In this document: positions 1 to 11,532 of the stretch, piece by piece
How the letters are laid out: each line of letters begins with the position of its first letter
Numbering within the stretch: the stretch's first letter is position 1
Source: Cercozoa sp. M6MM
Taxonomy: Eukaryota > Protista > Endomyxa: Ascetosporea
Assembly: GCA_040357565.1 (NCBI GenBank)
Contig: JBDODJ010000075.1
Direction: 5' to 3' (one strand)
DNA: 55,888 nucleotides
Made by a program: the position numbers and the translations under genes
The notes under the pieces: model-generated
The model's database searches: none
The model's input: only the letters and a program-made list of their open reading frames with translations
Told to the model about the DNA's origin: nothing

Positions 1-178
<178 letters not shown>

Positions 179-181
179 TAC

Positions 182-1221
182 CGCTGGCTGGACAGACGTC
201 CCTCCAGTCGATCCAGCGCATTAAACAACTCGTCAAACGCGCGATCGTACGCCTGCTGCGATGTGGCAAAGCCGCAGCGATACACGCCTGCTCGGTTTGT
301 TGAGTTCAGTTTTTTTTAGAAAGACTAAAATTTGGTACCGTTGTTGATGTTCGGGTAGACGAATTCGTTGATCTCGTCGATCTGCGCGCGCAGATCTTCC
401 GGGTACAAACGCAGTTGCTTTTGCTCCTGTCAGTTGAGACACACGCGTTAAAGTTACGCTTCAGAGTGATGGAATAGTTTAAACAAACCTCGGTCTGACC
501 GATGGCGACGTCGTCGAACTCAGTTCCAAGGAAGCGAATGATCTCGCCTGTTCAGTGAATTAGCTTACTCCAGCAACTAGAGAAGCACAAAGAAAGTGCA
601 AGATAAACTTACTGGACTCGTTGTTCACGATGCGGTTCGTCTTGGTGTCGTACAGCACCGGCACCGTGTAACGACCCTCAAAGTTGGCTAAAAGCAAGGC
701 CAAACTGGTGAGTTCCGATGTACTGTAGTAAAGTCATCGAAAAGAAAACACTGTACGTTCCGACTCGAAGTAGATGTCCTTCAAGTGCTCATAGTTGCGG
801 AAGCGACGACAGCCAGGCTGTTTCATTTCAGCAAAGAGTCGATAAACTCACTACGATAGCGACTCTCACAGAGACTGAGAACCGACTTTCTCGCCGTCGT
901 CGATGAACTTCCACCCGTTTTCAGCAAAAACGTAGTCAACGACGAAGACATCGATGGTCTTCTCGAGACCCTTGAGCGCGCGGACCACAAGAGTGCGATG
1001 CGCCCACGGACAAGCCAGACTCACGATGAGAACGTAGCGTCCAGCTTCAGCCTTGTAGCCACTGCTCCCGTCTTTCGTAACGCTGTCGCGGAACGTGCTC
1101 GGCTTGCGCACGACTGCGACCAATAAAACGAGTCCTCGGGACAACAGCAAAAACAAAAAAACGTGTTACACTCGCCGGATTGATTGGTGGTGAATTGCCA
1201 CTCCTTCTTTTCGGTAGACAT
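182..1221 (-). CDS. ECM4: Glutathionyl-hydroquinone reductase (omega-like GST, ECM4/YqjG family), N-terminal 7 exons
   Basis: Spliced translation with GT-AG introns: [104 protein letters not shown] and NNES are family motifs. Confidence 0.95.
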
Positions 1222-1695
1222 AGCTTGTTGAGATGTAGGTTAGTTCAAAACTTGCTTTGCAGTCTGCAAAAACGGTGCCGACCAGTCTGCCCAGGTTGCC
1301 CGCTGACCAATCAACTCCGATCAGCAGTCACTCTCTGCTCCGGAGGGAGCAGCCTGGTCGGGCACTGTGCTCACGCACTTTCTACGTTAAACGATCGCCG
1401 GGCAGGGAGATCTAACCTGTAGCCGGAAGACATGTGTATGGCCGTATGGCACAATGAAACCTCGAAGCCGATGCTTCCGTCTCACCCTCGCGACGCCGCT
1501 CGTGAGTGTTCAGATCATTCAGATACTGTTGGTCGATCTCGACTTATCTCTCACCTGTCATCTGACCTCGGTTGTGTCGAAAGTTAAAAGCTTGAAGTGG
1601 CTCTGTTGAGAATGAGTCGAAAGTTACACTCGCGCTAGTCGAAAGTTAAAAGCTTGAAGTGGACAACAGCAAAAACAAAAAAACGTGTTACACTC

Positions 1696-2100
1696 CCGTT
1701 CCGACGCTAGGGGAACTGTCGCGTGCTATCGCCCGGTTCGGAGAGGCAAACAAGAGCGCAGTTCGATGCGCCAGCGCAGGAGCATCGATTTTGATGATTT
1801 CGGCCTTTGTCTTGGTCGAAATACGTGTACTGTACTCTCTTATCGCGTATTTGGTGGTTTTCATTGAGTTCTCGTGCGATAGCTGGGCCGCAAGGTCGAT
1901 GAATTCAACCGCCGAATCGACGCAATGCACTCCGACTTAAACAACTGGGCTGACGCCGTCCGGTCGGATATGAACAGAGTGTTGTGTGCTGCTCGTCAGT
2001 CGGATTCTGCTTTGAAGACTCGAGCTCGGACCACGACTCGCAGCTCCCGGAGTGATGGAACGGGAACTCCAAGTTGGAGCTCGACTCGGACTGAACGGAA
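1696..2100 (+). pseudogene. 5'-truncated, frameshifted copy of the TM/coiled-coil gene at 10064-10596 (inverted orientation)
   Basis: PVPTLGELSRAIARFGEANKSAVRCASAGASILM aligns to PVPTLGELSHALTRFGEANKTAIRCATAGVSILM. The same intron is retained, the first exon is absent, and there is a 1-nt deletion near 2008 relative to the paralog. Confidence 0.75.
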
Positions 2101-2198
2101 CTCAGTCGAAAGTTAAAATGAGATACATAAGGAAGTTAAAAGAACCAGCCTCGAATCCTCTTTCGACGTCCCTTAGTGCGTTGGTGTGCGTTGCGTTG

Positions 2199-4957
2199 TT
2201 AGTCGCTCGCGTGCCGACGACCGGTGATTTCGAACCTGTCGCGACAAGCCACACGTGGTCAAAGGTCTCCCGCCTAATGCATGAAAAGAAGAGACACACC
2301 AGTAGATACTCGCGTGGTAGGACGGATGTGTGCGACCGTGAATCACGAGTTTCACGTACCTACAAAAGTGGTGCACAGTAGCAGTACAGAGGAGGAGAAT
2401 AATCAACGCACTTGGCAACCACGGCATTTCGTTTGACCGGCATACTCTGCAGGATTGTTGTAGGGGAGGGGACGGTAAAAGCTGTGCGTGTGCGTACCTG
2501 AGCACTGCCACTGGTGCTGCCGTTGACCACGGTGAGTGGTGACTGCGACGGTGTCGACGGTGTCTCTGTCAATGCACCTATACAAGAAGGGAGTAAGAGG
2601 GTGGGGGAGGGGGTAAAAAAGGTACCGCCATCCAGGCGAACTTCGGTGACGTGTCGCTGAGGACCGCTCGAGTGCAGCGGCACGATCTGCTGCCAGTTGT
2701 CTGACACCTGGAGGGGGGGGGGGGAAAAAAAAACAAGGGGGAGGGTAGGGGGTAACCTTAGCACGTGCGAACACTTCAAACTCGCGCGAGTGACGGTTCT
2801 GCAGTTTGATCGCGCACAGTCGGTACAACGACTCGAGTCGCACCACCACCTCCGCGTGTTCTACGGGGGGCAAGGGGTAAGGGTAAGGGGTAAGGGGTAA
2901 GGGGTAAGGGGTAAGGGATAAGAGTAAGGGGTAAAGGTAAGGGGGAGTAGAGGCTACCTTCTTCCTTGGGAATCCAGTAGCGATCGTCGCGCACACGCAG
3001 CACTTTCACCGGGTGCTACAAACAGAGAGGAGATAAAGGGGCGAAGGGAGGGGTAATAGGACCTACCTGCACACTAAGTGACGGCGTCGACGACTGAATA
3101 ATGCCGCCGCCTGCACCGAAAATCAGCACTTCCTGACCTCGTTCCTGCACACTCAAAAAACCGTGTATACGAGTACCTGGGCATTAAATCAAACACACCT
3201 GCATACGTCGACTCGTGTTGCCCAAAGCGTTGCGTTGCAGTGTGGCCAACTATACTGGGGGTAAAGGGGAGGTAACGACATACAAGGTTTACCTGACAGC
3301 CAAGTGCGTGGTATCGATACGCCTCGTACAGCAGGTCGCTGCAACAACAACAGATGCAACAAGCAGAGAAAGCGAGTACAACAACCCAAACAGACCGCAT
3401 CAGAGGCGAGTGCATGAGTCGCTCGTTGCTCTCCACCATGTGCAGCAGCGTCGGCGGCGACATCAGCGGGAACCGAATGTGCGGCAGCAACTGGTCCAGC
3501 ACGCCGAAGCGCTCCTGGTCGTGGTCCAGCCTGCACCCAGACCCCAAAAAAGATCCACACAGGACGACTCATAAGCAAGGCGAATACCATATGGCAGCTG
3601 CGTGATACACCGACTCTTCGCTTTTGCACACCAGCATGTCACTTGACTGTTCCGAGCAGATAAAAAGCACAAACTGTAGAGACGGAAGGAAGCTGTACCG
3701 CAATGTCCAGCAAACACGCCAACGGCAGTGAACACCAGGCTGCAACACTTTTAGTTTTCACATTAGAAGAAACAAGAAGAAAAAGGGAGAACCTTCTGTT
3801 GTAACAATGGCTTCGAAGTGCTTCTCGATGAAGGTCAAACACTGTGCGATCGTCACAGTGTGGACAATTCCAAGAAGATGAAACTATCAAAAACTGTACC
3901 TGTTGCCGCAAATCTGGCACGTCGAAGTGATCGGCAGCACCGAAGAAAACACACGCGTTCATCACGTTTAGGTGTGAGCTGAAGAAGCTCTTGCACAGCA
4001 CTGTTCAGTTTGTTTCACTCTTTATCAGTTATTGCAGCGTTAGTTTCTTGTACCCTTGAGCGACTCGATTTGGTACATGTTCGCCAAAGAAAGCACCTGC
4101 GAGCATCGATACACAAAGTTAGAAAGCTCACGCTTTTGACTTGAGAAATACCGAGAGCGAAGACTCGGCAGTCAAGTGTGCTTCGCCCGAGTAGAGGTAC
4201 TTGAGCAACAGTTGCACCTGCAAGTTTCAGTTTCACACATGAGTTATGAGTGAAACAACAAGTTTACTGCGCTAGCCTCAACATTCGGCAACTTGACTGT
4301 CACGACATTTTGGTGCTGCGCATTTCAGACTTAAAGGAAGCAATCTTAAAGTCAAGTTTTGATTTACGCCTTCTTTAAACTGCGAGCAGAACATGCGTCG
4401 AAACACGTCGCTCCAAGCAGCAAGAATGCACCGATGTGCCTAAACAAAGTTGTTTTTCACACCTCAAAGCAAAGACACAAAATCTACCCTGAGTTCAACA
4501 TCATCCTGGCACACGAAAACAACGTCGCTCAATGTTGGGTCCATCAGCAGTGCAGAGAGTCTGCAAAAGAGTTAAAAAATAAACGTTAAATAGCACGAGA
4601 AAAGCACGAAAAATACCGTTGTGATAATGCGCTGGGTCCTGAAACAATCTCTTCTTCTGCCGGTGTGTCTGTCAACACAACCACACATGCTTGCTTGGAG
4701 TTTGACATCTCTGGAAGGCGGTGTAGTACTCTGTTCGTGCTCGACAAGAAAGTGGTCTTCGTCTTCGTCGAGTCCAATGCCCAATGCTGACATACTCGAG
4801 GAGTTCAGCCGACGCTGCAGAGCAACCCAGCAAACATGGAGTCCCCCCCCCCCCCCCCCCACTGCAACCAGCTTGCACAGCCTACCTGAGAGCGAACAGG
4901 AGACCGAACAGGAGACAGATTCGCTCGATGTAGCGTGGAGCGAGTGCGTCTTGGCAT
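2199..4957 (-). CDS. BTB/POZ-BACK domain protein with a C-terminal discoidin/galactose-binding-like beta domain
   Basis: LMDPTLSDVVFVCQDDVELRAHRCILA (BTB); LLPHIRFPLMSPPTLLHMVE..DLLYEAYRYHALG (BACK end); C-terminal RYVKLVIHGRTHPSYHASIYWFEITG. Multi-exon. Confidence 0.85.
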
Positions 4958-5301
4958 ACGCGACAAATTAAGGTTTCTCGTTTTTCTCTCTTCCGACTGG
5001 AGAAAGAGATCAATAACCGGGCCAGTTCGAACTGCAAACCGATCAACAACAGCCTCTCAAAAACTCACTTCGAGGAGTTTTTGCGTTGTCTGAGCACCTT
5101 CAAACACAGATATACAACAAGAACTCAGCCTGGCGTTGCACAAATGGTCCGCTAGGGGTGGCAGGCCGCGCACAAACGTTTGGTCCATTTGTACTGCGGA
5201 CTGTACAGCGCTGGCCACAATGAGGGAAAGACTGAAGAAAATGTCCTGCCATAAAGCTTCTAGCACACTTTACTGGACTCAAAACTTGTACATAAGTGAA
5301 T

Positions 5302-6999
5302 ATGAGTGACGACGAGTGGCCTACCGAAAGCGAGGTGGCGACGACCGAAGTTGTGCGCGCTCCAGTTGAGGTTGAGAAGCCGCCTGTCAAAAACTACGCC
5401 AAGCCTGTTGCAAAGTGGCGCAAACTTGACTTTATCCGTAACCCGCGTTTCTTGCAGAATTCGTTTTTCCTGCTGATTTAAAGTGATTGTCTTAGACTGG
5501 TTGCGCGATGAGAGCTTTGATGATGAGGCGCAGCAACGCGTGCGATTGTGCCGCGCCGACGGCAAACTGATGTTGCGTTTTCTGCAAGGGGATGACGAAA
5601 CGGCGACTGAGCGAGTGCTGGGGCATTTTTCTTTCGCCTCGAGCGGCGTTGCAGAACGCTTCGTGCGTCGCTTTCGTGCACTGGTGAAAGCACAAGCCAG
5701 CAAGAAGCGCGACACCGCGAAAAAGCCGCTGACGGAAGAACAAGGCGGCTTCTTGTCCGAGTGGCGCAAATCGCAAGGAGTACGCTGTGCTTTTTCTGTT
5801 TCATTGCTTTTGATGTTTGAGTGTTTGACAGCTTCCAGAACCCGACGAAGAGACGCTTTCGAGCGCAGTTGAGAGAATGAGTCTGGAAACAAGGTACTCT
5901 AGCTGTTTGGCTCTCTTTGGTTTGATAAATGAAACCCTGCAGTCAAAAAGAAGAACCGAAACCTCAAAAAGTCCCGCCGAAGAGAGAACCGTTTCGAACG
6001 TAGTTTTTTCTATTTTCCTTTTTGTAATTTGTGTAATTTTGCACTGTCCAGGCGTCGTGTTGAAGCAAAACTCGCGCCAAAGGAACCGTCGATTCAGCCT
6101 CCTGTTGTGTACCCGTGCTTTGTTTAACTTTACGCGAATGGATGATGCATATAATTCAGCGAAAGGAGGCCGCAAAGAAGCGATTCCAAACACATTGTTG
6201 AGTGGTACTTTTGTTTGTGTTTTGTTGTGCATCCAGCACCAAACAATGTCGTTGCTTGTAGGTCGAATGTACCGAAGGCTTTCATTGAGCACTTCATCGA
6301 AGAAGCATCAGCCGAAGGCGAGGAAGGAGACAGGGTTTCTTGTATTAGCAGAGGTTTTTGAATGTATAACGTGTCTCCGCGATTTGGGCAGAGGCGATTC
6401 GAGTTGCTGTGTTCCTTGTTCACGGAAGAATTTGCGGATTATGTGCGTTTTGTCTGTCACCTGAAGTGGATTCTTCATGCTTGTCGGGCTAGGTGACTGG
6501 CTCGGTAATCAAAGTCAAGACGCGTCGTCTCTTCTTCTCGTTCGACGACGGTGCGCGTGCGCGTTCCGCGCTCATTCGCATGAAGGATGTCTTCGAGTAC
6601 GACCGTAAGATTCTTCTTTTTTCTACTGCTAAAGCTTTTATTTTCGGGAGAAACAGACCGACCTGAGCCGAGTGTGGCACTGTTCAATCCTCTGCCGGAT
6701 TCGAAAGACGAAAAGATTCTCGATCGACTGGAGCCGCCCAAGCGACAGCAGTCGACCACTGTGTGTTTCTTCTTTCGTCCTTTCATGCTTCACTTTCATT
6801 CTGTTTGTTTGGCAGGTGGCAACACGTCTCCTGGCCAATGCTATCGGAATCGGTCGCGTGGTAAGCTGTCAGCTGTCACAACTTTTATTATGTTTCAGTT
6901 GATTTGTCCCCTGCTCAGAACAAGAACAAAGGCAGCGTCATCACCGATCGACAGCGTCGCATTCGCGATGAGCAGCGTCAGCAGCGTCGCTCGAAGTAA
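5302..6999 (+). CDS. R3HCC1/R3HCC1L-like protein (degenerate RRM plus C-terminal coiled tail)
   Basis: Spliced: KHIVEWSNVP..FSFDDGARARSAL..LEPPKRQQSTTVATRLLANAIGIGRV..RQRRIRDEQRQQRRSK*. From recall this resembles the R3HCC1 pattern HVIEIYDFP..FSSPITARDAL..RPETSAALARRLVISALG. Confidence 0.6.
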
Positions 7000-7238
7000 G
7001 GTCGTGCCACCCCGAAACTGGTCGCTCGAGTCAAGTTCGGTTTGGTGCGCCAGATGAAAATTAACTTGGAGCAGTCAGCAGCTGTACAATTAATAAGCCT
7101 GCGCCAAACAGGTGATGTCGACCGGCGCAGACTTTGCACTCTGGTCAACACGGGACGGGAAAACTCTGAAAGCACGGGGCTTTCTGAGATATCCTGCGCG
7201 CTTTAACGCTTTTAGTATTCTATTGGAATGGCTTAGAG

Positions 7239-8607
7239 ATGATATCAGCCAGTTTTTCCACGCACCTGAGGTGAAATCAGATGTCAGTTTTTGTGTGGAT
7301 TTTGGGATTTACGTTCCTCGCGGAAACAGAGTGGACAGTCTGCCGGCGGCGCGAGCACTGGTGCTTCTGATGGCACCGGTGCTGCTCAGCTCGCGTGAGA
7401 TTGCCGTGCTGCATCTGGCGGCGGCCACCTCGCGCAAACTGTATATTCTTTCAGAAAAACTCGGAGCCCAAATATGATTAATTTGATGAACAGAAGACGG
7501 TTCTTACGAGAAACGACGACAACACAACCGTCGCAGCGAAACAAACGACGCATTGTGAAGCAGTTGCTTACTGGGATAGGCACTCTGGCGGCAGTTTTCA
7601 TCATCACACGCCAGCGCAAGCCGCGAGGCACGCGCATCTGGCATGCCGTGTTCCGTGTCTGTCTCGCCAACGCGTGTGCTCAGATTTTTGGCGCATGCTG
7701 TGCGTTGCTTTTCGTTCTTGCAGCCGGAAGAAACGATGGCTGGGATGAAGAGGTACCAAAAGTGCATTTGATCAACCCCGCACGTCGGGGTCAGTTCGGA
7801 TTTTGCGCGTTTTAACAAAGGCATGGCACCGAGAGGCTAGGCGCCGATCTCATGTGCTCACAGGTGGTGGTGACTCACAAAAAGCAAGTTGGCAGCGTCG
7901 AACCGCTCTAGTGCTGCGTGGCGTGGCTCCTGGGATTTTCGCTTTTGCACGGGCCTTATTGCCAGTGCCGTTTTTGACGCAGTTTCTGTGGCATGTGGTG
8001 GAACTGCCATCCGCTGAGCCTGTAGTGCTTAGACGATGCCGCATCGCTGCGGTCAGTTTTTTTCTTTGTTTTGGTCGTTTTTCTTGGCTGAAATTGGCGT
8101 TTCCAGGTGTCGTGCTTCGTGCTGCTTAAAGTGCTGTCGCTGCGCAAGCGAGTGGTGCGAGTGGCACACGATGTTGTGCGCGCAGTGGCGCTCTCGCCAG
8201 CGACAACAACGACCAGCAGTGTTTCTGAAGACAGCGGCGGCGGTGGCGTCGCCATCGACGTCGACGAAGCGAACTGCGCGATCTGCGCGCGGCCGTTCTC
8301 GGTGCCGCTGACGCTGCGGTGTCGCCATCGCTTCTGCGATGTAAATTATAGAACAATACACATGTATTTACAGATACAAGATATATATATGTATAATTTG
8401 TATATATGTGTTGGAATGTGGTCGCTGCAGTCGTGTATCAGCGAGTGGGTGCGACGATCGCGCACGTGTCCCATGTGCCGAGCGCCAGTGGACGCCGACA
8501 TCGCCAGTGAAGAAGGCAGCTCGGACAGTGAGGACGCTAGTGCTAGGACTGTGACGAGCTCAGATCAAGAGACCGCTCTCGGGTTCTCGCCTGACTTTTA
8601 CTACTAG
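7239..8607 (+). CDS. Multi-pass membrane C3HC4 RING E3 ligase, RNFT1-like
   Basis: Hydrophobic exons followed by CAICARPFSVPLTLRCRHRFCD|SCISEWVRRSRTCPMCR. Start codon is tentative. Confidence 0.8.
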
Positions 8608-8713
8608 GCATTGGCTAACTGATTAGTGTAGTGTTACCGGCAGTAGACTCAAAATCTCAATGATCAGTTGTGACCCACCTCGGGCTGACACAATAGACTA
8701 ACCACGACTCAAT

Positions 8714-9476
8714 CTAATCACGGTCTTCGGGCATGGGCGCTGCGAACAAGGAGAGCAGCTCCTCAAGACCTCTCGCCGGCCGAGGACCTGTGGCAGCACG
8801 ACGCATGCTAGCGCACACCTCGCGTGCGTGCGCAATGCCGGCAATCTTGACTCGCTGCTGCACCACTGACGGCACTTGTGCCTCAGTCATAACCTGTGCA
8901 ACCACCTCGGCAACGAGTGCCTCCGATACGGCCGGGTTGCTCGACGTGGCACGCTCCACTTGCAGACGGATCTGCGATTCCACCATTTGCTTGAACTGTG
9001 GTGGCAACTGTTGAACCAGTTGCGCCAGCTGCAGACATAGTTTCAGTAGAGTATACGTACAGGAAATCTGTTTGTTGATACAGTAGCTGACAATATTGTC
9101 AGGAGAATCAATTGTACCTCTGGATTTGCCGGGAGCGGAACGGGTTCAGCGGAGGCACCAAAGGCTCGTCCGTTCATCATTCCCAAGATTCCTTCCAGCT
9201 CCTGGGCGCGATTGAAGAGATGCATACTGCGTCCAGCCGGTCGTTCTACAAAAGCACACACACACACACACACATTTGTACCTGTATCATCCACAGCATT
9301 TCATTAATATCTCAGCAAAAGTACAAGCACTGGGAGCTGCTCCCACTGAGTTACACAGTAACGGTAGAGTAGCGCTTACCGCGCACACTGACGTCGTTGG
9401 GCACCCGTGCGTCACTGGCTTGAACACCTTTGAGCACCGCGAGAGTCGCAAAAGTCGCCACAAGAAGGATCTTCAT
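8714..9476 (-). CDS. Orphan secreted helical protein, about 180 aa, 3 exons
   Basis: Signal-peptide-like MKILLVATFATLAVLKGVQA. Introns 9379-9246 and about 9116-9031 keep the frame into ..LAQLVQQLPPQFKQMVESQIRLQ..EDRD*. Confidence 0.7.
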
Positions 9477-9574
9477 GATGGTGTTGATGGTTAGCGTTGG
9501 GAGGGAGAGTAGTATTGAAACTCGTGATTGCGGAAGCTAAATAAAATGTCGCACTTATTAGGGTCGAGATTTAA

Positions 9575-9640
9575 GCACGTGTTTGGCACGTGCTGAACAC
9601 GAGCTTGGCACGTGCCGAACACGTGCTTGGCACGTGCAGG
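9575..9640. promoter_or_regulatory. Six tandem 11-bp units, each centred on CACGTG (one CACGAG variant)
   Basis: gcacgtgtttg gcacgtgctga acacgagcttg gcacgtgccga acacgtgcttg gcacgtgcagg, about 100 bp upstream of the ATG at 9476. The repeat is certain; a regulatory role is inferred. Confidence 0.6.
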
Positions 9641-10063
9641 CAACGGGTAGGTGACATGAAGCGTTCGGACTTTCGGATTTTAACAACTGAATAGAGTACG
9701 TCCCAGGAAGTCAACAGTAGCTACTGCTGTGGGCCATGCACAAGCACACTGTACAAGTATATATATGGGTGAACTTCAGATCGATACACCTGCGCTGACT
9801 GACGGATAGAGAATACTGTTTCGTAGCATAGTACAGTACATTTACAGGATAGTCGGCTTCGGTGTACATGTCTGGGAAATGTCAAAAGGAAGGGGAGTTG
9901 TATGGTCCTACCCTAAGTGGGCGGTAGACACGGCCATGCTCTTGTGACCCACCCGGACTGGTGCAGGGGAACTACATAGTTGGTTTCCTAGAAGACTCAA
10001 CTGACTAACTACATTTACAGGATTTTTTGAACGGAACGAGTTTAGTTTCAAGTTTCCGTTCCA

Positions 10064-10596
10064 TCATTCTGGAAGCTGCGAGTCGTGGTCCGAGCTCGAA
10101 TCTTCTGAGCTAGAGTCCGACTGGCCAGCAGCAGAGTGGCTTCTGACATTGAGGGCAGCACACAACACTCTGCTCATATCCGACCGAATGGCGTCAGCCC
10201 GGCTGTTGAGGTCGGAGTGCATTGCGTCGATTCGGCCGTTGATTGCTTCGATTCGGCCGTTGAATTCATCGACCTTGCTGCTCAGCTATGGCACGAGAGA
10301 CTCAATGAAACCCGCCAAATACGCCGATAAGAGAAAGTACGGTACACGAATTTCGACAACTACAATCCCCAAAAACATCAGAATCGATACTCCAGCGGTG
10401 GCGCATCGAATCGCGGTCTTGTTTGCCTCCCCAAACCGGGTGAGAGCATGCGACAGTTCCCCTAGCGTCGGAACGGGTTCTAAAGATACAGAATAGTGTA
10501 GACAGCACACTCGCACCGAAAGCTACATGTACCGCTCGCAAGACGAGCACCCTGAGCTGTCCACACACGACGTATCCGAGCGCACCGAGTCAACAT
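10064..10596 (-). CDS. Small single-TM plus coiled-coil protein, possible mitochondrial presequence, 3 exons
   Basis: MLTRCARIRRVWTAQGARLAS|EPVPTLGEL..AGVSILMFLGIVVVEIR|LSSKVDEFNGRIEAINGRIDAMHSDLNSRADAIRSDM..QLPE*. Both introns are GT-AG and in frame. Confidence 0.7.
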
Positions 10597-11532
10597 TTTA
10601 TTGGCTCGCCAAGGCACGCACCAAAAACTCAAAAACGCACTCAGTGGGGGTGAGGGCTTTTCTGCGCTTGTAAGAACACGACCACAGTCCGGTTGTTGCC
10701 TTAAACTTCCTCAAGGGTATCGCCAAAAGCCGAAGTGTTTCTCAGAATTGCATTTGTGATTTATAAAACTGACCAAAACTAAACTAGAATTCCACTTTGC
10801 TCAAAAATCCAGTGACGCACGTATTAGCGAAGCGATGCACGTTTAGTGCCAAACTGTCAACGTCCCACCGTCGTTCCCGTCTGCGACCGTTGCTTCGCCA
10901 GGCACAGTCATGCGCTGTTCAATGGTGCCTTTCTTGTGCGACAGCAATGCCGCAGCTTCCTTACTGCATGTACGACGACATTCGCAAGCTGTGGACAGAA
11001 GCCGGGAAGGGCGGATCTTGCGGCATGCCATGGCGCCGAAACCGCAAAAAAATGTCGACTTTGGAGCGCTTGCATATTCACGCAACAGAATCCATAGAGG
11101 CAACATCAGATCAATCAGACAGAGTCGAGGCACACTCGCTCGTGAGTTCTGGAGGCCGCCCACGTGCTCACTCGGCGAGTGGTCAGCGAATCTTGTGACC
11201 TGTGACCACCAGCCCTTCCTGGACCAATCACGATTCGCAACAGTCGATCGGAGCCTTACGAGAAAGGAGAGTGTCTTGTGTGCTGCCGTGAACTGTCTGC
11301 ACTGGTAATGGCATTTTTAGTAGCATCACGTGTTTGAGTGGTGGGACGGTTTTTTGGCACCACTCGGACCCAGCTCATCACAACTTGTCGTTTCTTTGCT
11401 GAATGGTTGCAACACAGCGTACGCAGTCTTGAAGTGCTGGCCTGAGTTCATCCAGTCGCGATCAAAGACCACTTTCGTGCGATCAAAGACCACAAGTGCA
11501 GAGATCAACGTGCTGTCTGCGTTGTTTTGGCC

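Noticed and set aside
2873-2941. GGGGTAA array as a telomere or chromosome end
   Set aside because: It is internal, lies inside a GT-AG intron of an intact gene, is degenerate, and is not TTAGGG.
10797-11308. Overlapping 100-130 aa ORFs upstream of Myb
   Set aside because: No recognisable motif or consistent exon chain, so not called as a gene.
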